A program made the translations under genes and the position numbers. DNA of 63,582 nt, filler included, from Conidiobolus incongruus B7586 (Eukaryota): NCBI GenBank assembly GCA_000697335.1. It is 3 parts of 3 records of this genome, joined end to end, with 100 filler letters (N's around TTAATTAATTAA, not from the genome) between each part and the next. Parts side by side here need not be neighbours in the genome. Positions count along the whole stretch, not along the records: positions 1 to 24,527 come from JNEM01006452.1; 2 more parts are not named here. One strand, given 5' to 3'. The notes under the pieces are model-generated. The model made no database searches. It was not told the origin of the DNA and saw only the letters and a list, made by a program, of their open reading frames with translations. Shown piece by piece: positions 1 to 12,529 of this stretch. The number at the start of each line of letters is the position of its first letter. Positions within the stretch are counted from its first letter, which is position 1.

Positions 1-2146
1 TAATAAATTAAAAAAAAATTTGTTAAAAAATATTAAACAAGGTTAATATATAAGAATAAAATATTCATATATTATGATAAATTTAAAAATATATTATTCA
101 TATAGTAATGAATACAGTATATATTAGTTATTCTTAAATATCACAGATAATATACTAGTACTAAAATTTAATATTCTGTATAATTATTCAATCACCGATA
201 GATTATTATATCAAAATTTATTAATTATAAATTTGAAAATATTGCCAAATGAGTAATATATAAAGTTAATATGAATTGGCAAAATGTATCAATCTTTTTT
301 AGTTTATGTAAATTATTATGAAAATCTAGTTTCTCTGCTTTAGAATAATTGAATACAATTGTATTAAATGATACACTCAAATTTTGTGGTTCATTATACT
401 TATAATTTAAAATATTATGCTTATTTTTTATTAATTTTATTAGAATTTGGATTTATTTGAGATAGGATATTATTTATAATTACTTATTATAAACTATAAT
501 TTCATTTTATAAATGAGATTAAAATAATATAGTTACGTTAGTAATATAAATTAAAAATATTTAATTTAATTGTTTAAAATATGTATTTGATAAATATATG
601 ATAATATATTTTTATTATTTAACTTTCTTTATAATTCAATAATATTATATTTTGATTATTATTTTTCAATGTTCACATATAATTTTCAATAATCGTCAAA
701 AATCAAGAAGAATAGGAATAATTCCGAATTTGTTCTGATTAACAAAGTATATGAGGTATGACAACATTATTTATTTCCATTATATTTATTTAATAGTTAG
801 TCGAATTTAAAAATATGTGTCAATACACCCAATTCAAATTCAGTTTTGTTTTCATAATTATAAAGTTTATATTAGCTTGTTGGACAATGAATTCGAAAGT
901 TTAAAATGATAAGATTATTTAAATTTTCTAGATAATATACAAATTTAGTTAAAGTTCCATTATCATTTCTTTATGACTTGTTAGCTATTATGTTTTATGA
1001 ATTTGAATTCATAACAATTATATTTTAGACCTAACACAATTGATTATGGGTATAATTCATACTTTTATTGATCAGTGTGTAAGCCAAAAATGTTAAAGCA
1101 TATAATATAACTTAACAATAATTTAGCAATACAAAAAACTCAACTTTGTAATATTTTAACAGTTTTCTTATAAGAATAAGAAATTAATATGAATTTTAAA
1201 TAAAACAAATTTAATTCCATTTATTGGAATATAAATGATATTTCTAATTTATGATCAATTATTATTATATCATAATCAAGCATGATTTCAATTTTAGCAA
1301 ATTTTATTAATTGAAATTTGACAAACCTTTATATCTATAGTGGAACATATTAATTTTAACATGATTTTATTTGCAATAAAAAAGATTATTAATTATTAGA
1401 TTCTACAAAAATAACAGTATTTTATAAGCCATATGACAAATCAACTTCTGAATGATTTGGATCAATTATTCTATAAACTAATTATCTTTTGACCAATGGT
1501 TTAATACCGCTCAAAGGAATTGGTTGGTTACCATTATGTATATCCGAATATCAAGAGTTTTTGAATAACCAAATATCTTAGAATAAAAGCTAATTGAGTA
1601 AATAAAATATTTTTGCTATAAATACTATTATTTGTCTTTTGAATGCTTATAATTAAAAGGTGGGAATAATCTCATACAAATTCATAGTGCAATTTGACTA
1701 TTACTTTATAATTTCAAATATTAAAATTACCTAATATATATTAATTAAACCCTAATATTCATATGGTAAGAAGTACTTGTTTTAATAGAACAAACATTCT
1801 TTGGTTAATAATTTTTATTTATTAATAGAATTTTCAGAATCAATTTGGCTTTTTAAAATATAAACCATTCGTAGGATAATTCATAATGGTTTGGATAAAA
1901 TGATTGAACCTCAAGATTGGTATATAATTAATAGTTTATTTATCCTGTTAATTCAAAAACCGTTCAAATGGCAAACATATATGAATCATTTGACAACAGG
2001 TAAATTCAATGTCTCTTAAATCAAAACGATGAAAATGATATATAAAAAAATTCTAATTATAATTCAAATCAAATTGTATTTTTGAATATTATTTATTGAA
2101 ATAAGTTAATTGATCTAGAAATTAAATTGAATTAATCCGTGACTTT

Positions 2147-3829
2147 TTATGCAGATTCCTTTTCACGAGATTCGGGTTGAGATTCAGCTTGTAGTTGTAT
2201 ATTTTGTTGACATTTATCCAAATCGATAGGTGGTAAAGTGAGAGCCATTGCGAAACAGACACAAGCTAAAACAGTACCAATGGTACACATGAGCCATTGA
2301 CTTTCACCTAAAGCGGTAATCCAATCTTCTTTGAATTCTAGAGGCAACTTAGCGAATTCTTTCACATCGGCAAGAAGGCTAGGAATCTGCTCGTGAAGAT
2401 GTTCGGGAAGATGATTCATTAAGTTCGTAGCTAAACTGGAGTTCCAAACTCTGCTACCAACGGCACTGGAAACAGCAGTGAAGACACTGGTTACAAGGGA
2501 ATCAATGGCAGAAATATTGGCAATATCGGCAAAGTCTACAGTGGTTTGGAGAACAACTAAACCAGCACAGGCAGCGACACCAGCTCCTAAACCAATAACA
2601 GCTTCACCAAAGACAACAAACCATTCAGGAGTGTGTGGATGACGGGAAGGAAGGGTAAGACCAATACCAACAGCGTTAATGACAAGGGAAACCCAAACAA
2701 TAGTGCGGGTATATTTAGCAAATCTCCTAAGCACAAAAGCACAGATGAAACCTGCAATATACCATGTAACACGGAAACCCAAGAAAATCTCAGCGACATG
2801 ATCAGCATCAATATCACGAGATAAAGACAAATATGGCTTCATATATTGCCAAGTGAGAGATGAGTCGAACATGAGGAAAGCGCGAACTAAAACCATAGTT
2901 ACAGCAGCTCGGTTTTTCAATAGTCTATAAGTAATAATAGCATGCTTAGTGTACTTAACTTCCCAAATTATGAATACAATAATGATGAGAGCACCGACAA
3001 TTTCCGGTACAAATATGGCTGGAGCAGCCCAGCCCTCTTGATAACGAACAACCCAAGTGAAGGGAATAAGGATACAAGCTAAACCCGAGGTTAGTAATAT
3101 AATACCGATCCAGTCGACTTTCTTAAGGGAAGAAGCTTGATAGTTAAAATTGGGTAACAAACGCTGAGCTCTGCGTTGTAAACGAAATAAACCGAGCAAG
3201 ATAGGAGCACCAGTAATAGCAGTTAAGATGGCTTGACTGTTAAAGATCCAACGCCACTTTTGATCTGTTTGGGTAGCAGAAATAACTGGAAGAGAGAGTC
3301 CAAGCGCGAGAGCACTGGGTAGCCAGTTTAAAATGAAACCAAAACCACGATTTCTAGGAGTAAGAAAATCGGCTAAAATAATAGGAATAAGGAGAGTACG
3401 TCCATTTTCTCCAAGTGTGGAAATGATGCTACCAGCACTGTATGAGCCGAAGTTAGCGGCAGTACCACAAATAGCTAAACCGATAATGCTAATCAATAAA
3501 CTGAATGACAGGATAAGACCACGACCATATACATCAGATAAAGCAGCGAAGAGAGGAACAAATAAAATGCTTAAAAGATTATTGAGAACATCGATGGACG
3601 GACTAATATCAAAGGATACCATAGAAGAAGAAATAATATGATCAATTTGGAAGGAGGCTCCAGAAAGGATGGCAACTGTCAATCCGAGTAACAAAACACC
3701 AATATAGATGGTCCAGTTATCTACGTTGTTACGAATTTGAGCCATTTTCAAGACAATATTATCATTGGATTCATTATTCTGAGAATATGGGGGAGCTGGC
3801 TCACCAGCTTCGCGTTTGACGTCGCTCAT
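2147..3829 (-). CDS. MFS transporter, siderophore-iron (ARN/Sit1/MirB-like) family, copy 1, 560 aa, intronless
   Basis: Hydrophobic multi-TM ORF with 'ALSDVYGRG', 'ILADFLTPRNRG', 'WRW', 'VDWIG' and 'FIIWE' motifs. The ORF track starts at a non-ATG codon (3943); the likely start is the ATG at 3829 (MSDVKRE), which matches paralog lengths. Substrate is inferred from family resemblance and promoter GATA sites. Confidence 0.85.
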   Translation of the reverse strand: MSDVKREAGEPAPPYSQNNESNDNIVLKMAQIRNNVDNWTIYIGVLLLGLTVAILSGASFQIDHIISSSMVSFDISPSIDVLNNLLSILFVPLFAALSDVYGRGLILSFSLLISIIGLAICGTAANFGSYSAGSIISTLGENGRTLLIPIILADFLTPRNRGFGFILNWLPSALALGLSLPVISATQTDQKWRWIFNSQAILTAITGAPILLGLFRLQRRAQRLLPNFNYQASSLKKVDWIGIILLTSGLACILIPFTWVVRYQEGWAAPAIFVPEIVGALIIIVFIIWEVKYTKHAIITYRLLKNRAAVTMVLVRAFLMFDSSLTWQYMKPYLSLSRDIDADHVAEIFLGFRVTWYIAGFICAFVLRRFAKYTRTIVWVSLVINAVGIGLTLPSRHPHTPEWFVVFGEAVIGLGAGVAACAGLVVLQTTVDFADIANISAIDSLVTSVFTAVSSAVGSRVWNSSLATNLMNHLPEHLHEQIPSLLADVKEFAKLPLEFKEDWITALGESQWLMCTIGTVLACVCFAMALTLPPIDLDKCQQNIQLQAESQPESREKESA

Positions 3830-3900
3830 TTTTGAAAAAGTTGAAATTATTCCAATTACCTTCCGTTTTCTATTTATATCAGGTTTTATAATTGTTATTA

Positions 3901-4103
3901 TTATCAGATCATTTAATAAATTATTAAATATAGGATCCTCCAATTAACCTGATTCTAGCCCAACATAGTACTTAATTTTCACTTTTAACAATATAATTTA
4001 ATCCACAACTTTTGTCATACTTCAATTTTAGAGTTAACACAAACCAATCAATACTCTATACATTCTCATCAGATAATCCCCATTCTTTTTAAATTTATCT
4101 GAT
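3901..4103. promoter_or_regulatory. Three ATCWGATAA (SreA/Urbs1/Fep1-type GATA) sites and a CCAAT box upstream of MFS copy 1
   Basis: TTATCAGAT 3901-3909, ATCAGATAA 4068-4076, TTATCTGAT 4095-4103; CCAAT 4044-4048. Confidence 0.65.
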
Positions 4104-7094
4104 ATTTTTTTTTATTAAACTAAAAAAATATTTCCAGAAAATGCTTATTATGGTAAGTGGGTGGATATGTTTATGACTTAAATTTCACAAAGATTTTAAT
4201 GAGTCAGAAAATGTACTTGTAATACTATACATTCAATAATGCCATTCTTATTAAGTATACTATGATATGACAAAAGAGATACTAAGTAATTAATACTCAA
4301 TATGTCAACATAAACTTATCACAAATAAATTTTTTTAATATTTAAATACAAATAAATTAATTATATTTATTAATTTTTTATGAACATTTTTCTTATTCAT
4401 TAACCTAATTCTATATAAATACTATACTTGTTTGATTAATTTTGTATCTTGATATCAGTTAAAATTTTAGTTTATTTTTTTAGAGTGGATTTAAGTAACC
4501 GTAAATATCCGTATTAGTCAACCTGAACAAATTAAAATTTAATTGATGAGTAAATAAAATTTCAAATTTAAAAAGAATTAAAGGTTAAGTAATTTATTTT
4601 ATATTTTATTCATAATTTTATCTGAAAAATAATATTAATGTTTCCTAGTGTGCGAGTTAATTGAGTGATTAATATAATATTAAAATTAAATTAATTCAAA
4701 TCTAATATACTAATTATTTCAATTAAATATATTAAAATACTAATACAATTAAAATCTTCAACATTGCTCCATAAGTCCCAAAGGAGACTCTAAAATTATC
4801 AAATTTTCACTCTTTAAAAATTTACACAATTGATGTTTTATTGAGTTAGATAGTGAGTTTTTATATTTTATATCGGACTTTAAGATGATAAGATATTAAG
4901 ATCTATCAGTAGTTAATTATACTTGATATATCAAGATGTTATCAAAAATAAATAAAACTGGCAAATTTGTACTTTAAGACTATGGGCATTTTTACTATTC
5001 CGTCTATTAAGTGGATAGACTTAACTGTTCAGATTATTAAACTATGATTTTGTTTATAATTCAATAATTGAAGATTTGATATCATAATCTTACAAAACCT
5101 TAGTATATATTTTGTTTAATGAAAAAGTGGAACAATTATCAAATTATTTAACCTATTAGACGACAAAAATAATTTTTGTTCCTCTTTTTTTACTAGAAAT
5201 TATGCAAAATAAATATTTGATTAATCTTATTAATAATACTGTGATGCTTATTATAATATATAAAATAAATAATAAAATATAAAACCTTGCTCAAGTTATT
5301 TAGTTATATACAACAAAGTCCACAGCGAGGCAAAATATATCCATTACAAACTTACCATATTTTATATATTATTATAGCCATATATACGAATATTCACTAC
5401 AATGAAAGTTCTGCTTAAATCCACAGGTTCCATTTAATAGTTGATTGTTTATAATTTGCTTGAATTTTAATGACAGTTGAATTAATAATTTAATAATATT
5501 TATGATTTAATCAATTAAAGTGTTGTTTATAGTATTTATTTTTATGTATTTAGTTCAATATATATTATTCAGTTTTAAACCTCAATCACTGTTGACTTTT
5601 TAAGTCGAGTCCTGGCTGGAGGAGCTTATGGATATTATTAATCTCTGAGTTACAGTCAAAATAAATTAATTAGACAAAATCCATAGAATTAGTAACAAAT
5701 AAAATTAAATAAGCAAATCTTTAATAGTAAAATACTAAAATAACTGTTTAACTAAATTTTTCGCCAATAGCTTGACAATCATTTTATAATTTTCTAAATA
5801 TAGTATTTTTTTCACTCTTCAAAATATTTTTCAATCGATAGATTTCACTCTTACATAAATAATCTCAGTTTGTAAGAATTTTCTAGTGAATGTATCACAT
5901 TAATTAGCCAATTAAATTGTATGAATTTTGAAATGTTCCATCAAAGTTGAAATTGGATAGGTTGGGATTTTGATATTGCAGGAGGAGTCAGATTATTAAC
6001 CAAATCATTTTCAAATAATATATTTTAATTTTAAAGTGATTTAAAAATATTTTCCATTGAGTAATTATATACTATTTGTAGAGTATAAAGAATGTTACTT
6101 TCACTCTTGTATTATTAATACTGATACATTCATTTCTATTAGAAAATAAATGAAAATTTTCTCATATTTAGTATTTACCAAAATTCCCAATTTATTTCGC
6201 TAGTGTAGTAAAAAATTTATGAAAAATTCTACGAATTATCAGATCAATATTTCTCAATGGTTGGAATTATATTAATTTGATTGGATATTCGCTACTAACT
6301 CTGTCATTTGTGCATGGATACCGAAATATTCCAATTTTCAATTTGGATTGTAAATTTTTAAACAATTTTTAGACTACAGGATTAAGTTGTACAAGATATT
6401 CTATATTTGATTGTTTTATTATTTAGTGAAAAATATATCAAAATAGGTATATTAGTTATATTTTTTTAAAAATTTATAAAATTATCAATTGAACAATTAT
6501 TAATATTTCAATATTCAATTAATTTTAACTACTTAAATCCCGACTAGAATGACATATCATATGAAAATAAATTGTTCATTGAATTCAATCCATATTTTAT
6601 CCATTCAACATCTGATAAAACCTCTAATCAACACAAAACAGTTATCTGATATTTTGTAACTATCAAGCTGTTAACCAATTTAAGTTTATCAAGATGAATT
6701 TCTAGTTATCGGCTATTTCTTCAGATTAATTAGGTTCAATTGTTCCATCAATATAACACCTTGTCAGTTACTTTATATCATCTGAATCTTACATCATATT
6801 CCATAATTGGATCTTTTATTTTGAAGTTTTTTAAAATTATTTGTGGGTACTAATATTAATTATTAATATTTACTTTTACTTGAAAACATCAGGAAATAAG
6901 CGATTTATTAAAAAAATATATCTAATACTCAAACACAGTATCATAATTTTAGAGATTATGAGAAACTCTCAAAAATTGTAAAATTTAATTAACTATAATT
7001 GGTATTATATATGACTATTTTTGTTTAATAGTCATTTTATTAAACTTGTAAATATTGTAGAAAATGTAATTTAATAATATTATTTGATATTTTG

Positions 7095-7100
<6 letters not shown>

Positions 7101-7138
<38 letters not shown>
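7101..7138. repeat. (AT)19 microsatellite
   Basis: Direct reading. Confidence 0.95.
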
Positions 7139-7140
<2 letters not shown>

Positions 7141-8579
7141 AATTATTATTAATTTTGATCCAATTTTTTAACTAATAAAATTATTTTTCCAAAATAACAT
7201 AATATATACTCATTATTCACAAAAGTGAATTGTATAAATCGTGAGTTAATAAATTGTCAAAATTCTATATAGTTAGAAAGGTTATTATTTGAACAAATAG
7301 AATTATTAAATATGTTTCAAATTTATTATATTTTTATTCTTTGTATTTTAATAAGTATCAAGTTTAGCTATAAAAATCTGAGATATGATTATCTAAAGGC
7401 TAAACAATTTTGTGATTAGCTATATAGTATATCGTTTAAGCATAGTGTAATGATTATTATATATTTCATATTATATTTTAATTTAATTTAATAAATTATT
7501 AATATATAATTTTATAGCATATAATAATATATTAAATTATTTATAAATTATATCTATTATAGAAATTTTAAAAATATACTCTCAATATTCAATTTAAATA
7601 ATATATTTTGAATTAATTTAAATTAATATTCAATTGAAAAACAAATATATTTAAAATTTTAAATTAAAAATATTGAATATTTAAATTCTATTGAAATATA
7701 AAAAGAATTATTTAAAATAATTTTAGGTTATATTATGCTTATCATTCATAATTTTTTGAAAATTATATAAACAGTATATTATATATGGTTTGATAATAAT
7801 TCAAAATTTTTTTCTTAATTATAAATTTAATATGATTATTTTTATATAGGTCTTGAAATATTAATTATATTAACTAAGAAATTAAATACAAGTTATTGGA
7901 AGATATAATTAAATTCTATAAAGGAATTTAATAAAGTATCTATATCAATCCTTAATAAATTTGATATTAATATTTATTGAAAAGCAGTGAAACGTTAATA
8001 TCTTTATAGCACGCCATAATATTGTAAAAATATTATTAATTCACATTTTATCAAATAAATAATATCATAAATATATATTTATATAACTATTTATATTAAT
8101 TCAATAATTTTTATTAAAAATTATAATTAATCATCATTAGATAATTAATTAAAATAATAAAATATATAATTTAATAATTATAAATTTATACTTTTTTTTC
8201 ATTTTTATTATAATAATTAAAAAGTATTAATTATAAAATAAAGGGTTATAAATTATTCAAAATAATATTATTATATATATAAATTATATATTTGCTAAAT
8301 ATATTAATATTTTATTAGTAAATAAATTAATTATTTTATCTTAAATTCCTTATATTGTAAAAATCTTATTTTTAGAATAAATAATAAGAAATGTATTAAT
8401 TGTATTTCATTATAATATAATAATAAATATATAAATTATAAAACCTAAAATAATTTGATGTTGATTTTATAGTATAAAATAGAATCCTATTTGATACCTG
8501 ATAATATTATCTAAATAAATTATATATAGTTGGGTATAAATAAGTTATTTTATAAGTAAAAAAAATTAATTCGCGACTT

Positions 8580-10220
8580 TTTTCTTATATTCAGTTTGGC
8601 TAGATGGCTCAATGTTTTGTTGGCTTTTTTTCCGAATCAACACTGGGGAAAATAGTGTCAAGGTTAATCATTCACAAGCCGACACAGTTGGAATGATGCA
8701 CTTAGGTCATTGAATATCACCTAAAGCTGTCATTTAATTCTCCTTGACCTCTACGGGTAATGCAATTAATTTACTGGTATCAGCAATAAGTTCGGGGATT
8801 TTATTGTGGAATTGCTTGGGAAGTTCTTTAGATAAATTTTTGGTCAAACTGACTTTCTACATGTTGTTACCAACGGCACGGGCAATAGCAGGGAAGATAC
8901 TGATCATAAGGGCGTCAATAATTGAGATATTTGCAATGTCAGCAAAGTCTACGGTGGTTTGGAAAACAACTAAACCAGAACTAGAACCAGTCAAAGCCTC
9001 AACAAAAACTACAACTTTTTCAGCAGTGTGTGGGTGACGAGATGGAAAAGCCCAAGACGCAAAACATTAACTATGATGGAAATTCACGCAATGTTTCTAG
9101 TACTATTGTTGGAATTTCTTAGTACTAAGGCACATAAGAAATCCAAGACGCACCATGTGACACAATAACACAAATTGATCTAAGCTACATGGCCAGCATC
9201 AATTTCACGAAATAAAAACAAGTATGGGGTGATATATTGTCAAATGTGACTTGAATCAAATATTAAGAATGTACGGACAATAATCATGATCACTGCTGGT
9301 CTATTGCGCAAGAATTTACAACTAACAGAATGATATCTGATATATTTAACCTCCCATAATACAAATCTTAGAAGAATAAGAATACCGAAAATAGTAGAAA
9401 AAAATAGCAGGGAGATCCCAGCCATCTTTTTGACGAACAACAAAATTGAGGGGAATAATAAGGATACAACCTAAACCCGAGGTTAGCAATATAATACCAA
9501 TCCAGTTGACTTTACAAAGAGATGAAGCCTGATAATTGAATTGGGCTAATAAGCGCTGAGTCCTACATTGCAAAAGGAATAAACCTAAGAGAATAGGAGC
9601 ACCGATATCAGTAATAAAAATAACTTGACCATTATACATTCAGTGCCACTTGTCATCATCTTGGAAAACAGTGATAACTGTGATACCAACATCGAGAATA
9701 ACATCACTAGGCAATTAAGCTGAAATAAAACCAAGACCACGATTTTTAGAGGCAAGGAAATCGGCTAAAATAATAGGAACAAAGAGAGCACGATCAGTTT
9801 CACAAAGAACTGCAATGATATTGCCGGCACTGTATACACAGAAATTGGCAGTATTTCTAATAATAGCTGAACCAATAGTATTAATAGTCAAACAAGCTGT
9901 AAGGATAAGGCCACGTCCATAAGCATCAGACAAAGTAGCAACAAGAGGAACGAAAAGAATGCCTAAGAGAGTGTTGACAACGTCAGTAGCTGCAACAATA
10001 TTAAAAGATTGGAAGCTCGATTTGACGACGAAGCTTAATCTAGATTGAGCATTAACAAAGATGGCAATTGTTAAACCGAGCAATAGAACACCGATATAAA
10101 TAGTTGAATTATCGACATAATTACGAATTTGAGACATTTTCGATATAATTTTATTATTGGAATCAAATTCTGAATAAATAGGAATTGGTTCCCAAATTGT
10201 GTATCTATCGCCATTCACAT
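8580..10220 (-). pseudogene. Pseudogene of the same MFS family, closest to copy 1
   Basis: Fragments 9715-10218, 9346-9639 and 9240-9443, plus further pieces down to about 8600, are collinear with copy 1 (KMSQIRNYVDN, ILADFLASKNRG, VNWIGIILLTSGL, FQTTVDFADIANISI). Multiple stops and frameshifts; the ATG at 10220 is followed by TGA. Confidence 0.9.
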
Positions 10221-10767
10221 TAATAAAAATTAATTAGAAACACTTATAAGCATCTATTTATATTAATCCAAATCACTAAAGCTAAAAAAATAAAATATCT
10301 TTCACTTGAAAATATTATTATTCAATGGATCTGTATTAATCATCAATGAATAAATATCATATTTTTCATATTTCCAACTTTTTTTGGTCATACTCCAAAT
10401 TAAAAAATAATCTAAAATAAATTAACTTTTGTATTACTAACATATGATAATAATGTGTATTAACATTATTTCCTGTTATATATTCTATTAAATTATAATA
10501 TCTATTTTTAATTTAGAAATTTGAGATAAAAAATTTATTAATATATGATTTTAAAAAATAAACAAATGTATTACAATACATTCTCTTTGATATCTTTTAA
10601 AGTTAAATTCTTTTTAATTACCGAGAATAATTTGTGCAATATATTAGATTAGAATATAATTTACATTTGCAAAAATAATTATTTAAAGCTAATATTGTGG
10701 TTTTCCTATATTGAATACTAAATCATTTAATTCTTTATAAAAAATTTTTAGAATAACTTTGTTGAAT

Positions 10768-11968
10768 TATATAGTGGTTCAACGATTAAGTTGATTAATT
10801 TTAAATTTTTAACAAAATAAAAAAACTAGAACCAAAGAATATCGTTTAAATAATCAATAACTTCCTCCTTTTTGAATAACAGAATTTTATACTAGTGATA
10901 GTTATTTAACTCCTTTACATAGGTTTTTATATTTCATCTTCAAAATTACACTCCTTGATTTTAAAATTGAAATGTCACTAAATTTCTTTCCTTATATTAA
11001 ATTTTCACTTACCAATATATTTTTTAATCATAAATTTTATATATTTGGTGAGTATAGTGGATGTGGTAATATAGCCGAGTTTTTTTTCAATAACCAAAGT
11101 TTTAATAATTTTAATAAGATAAATATAGATATTGTTATAAAAAATAAATAAATAAATATTAGGTGATTTTTCTTATAATATTTTAATAGTATTACTGTTT
11201 AAAAAACCTGAAATAAATTCCACAATTATGTTTTATTTTTAGTGATAATAATTAGTGGAATGCTTTACTATTAATATTTATATATAATAAAACAAATGTT
11301 TTTTTACATAATTTTGATTTTTTTTTGATAATGGATAATATACTAAAATCAATGATTTATCCATTGCAATGATTCTTTTAAATATAATAGGATAAGCATT
11401 ATAATATTATAAATTAGTATTAGTTATATTATTTTTTGCTTTTTATTAACATATAAAGTACCTATCTTTTTAACTTTTTAACTAATTGCAAATTATTCTT
11501 TAATAAAATTATAAATAAGTTAATATTAAAATATAAAAACTAAAGTTCCTTGCTATAGTATTTAAGTGATATTTGAAATATTTTTTAAATATATATATTT
11601 ATATTTAAAATAATTTAAATAGGGTATGTATTTTTATATTAATTTTTCAGGCTCTCAGTTAATTAAGCCAATTATCAATACTATGCTTTATAAGCCTTAT
11701 GCTTTTAGTTGCTGTTTATAAATTTTTGTAAATGGTTGATACAGAGTGTTTGAATTATATAATATTTCATAAATACTTTTAGTTTATTAAAGTTCTATTA
11801 ATTTATATTAAAATTACTACACAAAGTTATACTATACTTATATAATAATTATGATGAGCTATTAGGTCATTCGTGATCATTTAATTAACTAATAAAAATG
11901 AAATAATTATGTTTCATATATTAATATTTAATTTTAGTACAAGAATTTATATTTTGAAACACTATATA
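10768..11968 (-). mobile_element. Degenerate mariner (DD34D) DNA transposon, about 1.2 kb
   Basis: Manual minus-strand translation gives R*VLYML (WVPHxL) near 11460, FKRIIAMDKSL near 11360, FYNNI (LHDNA) near 11135, ILPHPLYSPN at 11043-11072, GKKF near 10985 and VIQKGGSY* near 10860. Terminal inverted repeats are TATATAGTGGTTCAA (10768-10782) and TTGAAACACTATATA (11954-11968), with one mismatch. Confidence 0.8.
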
Positions 11969-12529
11969 TTATTCTATTTTAAAACTTGATTGAATAAAAT
12001 AAACTTTAATTATAAAAAAGAAAAAAAAACATTGAATTGCATTCAGCAGTATAAACTATATTTAAATGAATATTTAATTTTAGATATTAATATTATAGTT
12101 CGTTTATTTATAATATATTTAAAATAATAAAAACTAACAATTTATATCAATCTGAGAGTCGGTCATACTCAAAAATATAATGCTTGATTTACAATATCAT
12201 ATATTTCAAAATTTACTTGAATATTTAGTGTCAAAGTTAATACCCTAGTGTTTAAGGATCTTTGATTGGACATAGCTCACATAATATAGTATGAGATTAA
12301 TATATTAATACGGTGTTGATGTTATCAAATGAATTTTATGTCAGGCAATTTTGCATAATTTCAATTAGAATATTGGTATATTTGACCTATATCATATATA
12401 ATAGGAATCATTTTATCAAAAGGGAAAATTTTTAATATTAAAAATTAAATATTCCGTTTATTGTAATATTATTGGGTGAAAACTTTGATTTTGTAATTGA
12501 ATTGAGTTAAAATTTGACCTAATATAATT

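Noticed and set aside
2587..3641. Short ORFs overlapping the MFS genes, and similar ones within other genes (12657, 21544, 29757, 35074, 50947, 58655)
   Set aside because: Antisense or alternative-frame shadows of real CDSs with no recognisable motifs
3830..3943. 38-aa N-terminal extension of MFS copy 1
   Set aside because: Non-ATG start, absent in paralogs, and overlaps TATA/GATA promoter elements
7880..8020. YWK..KVSISIL..AVKR resembling the hAT dimerisation domain
   Set aside because: Too weak to support by eye
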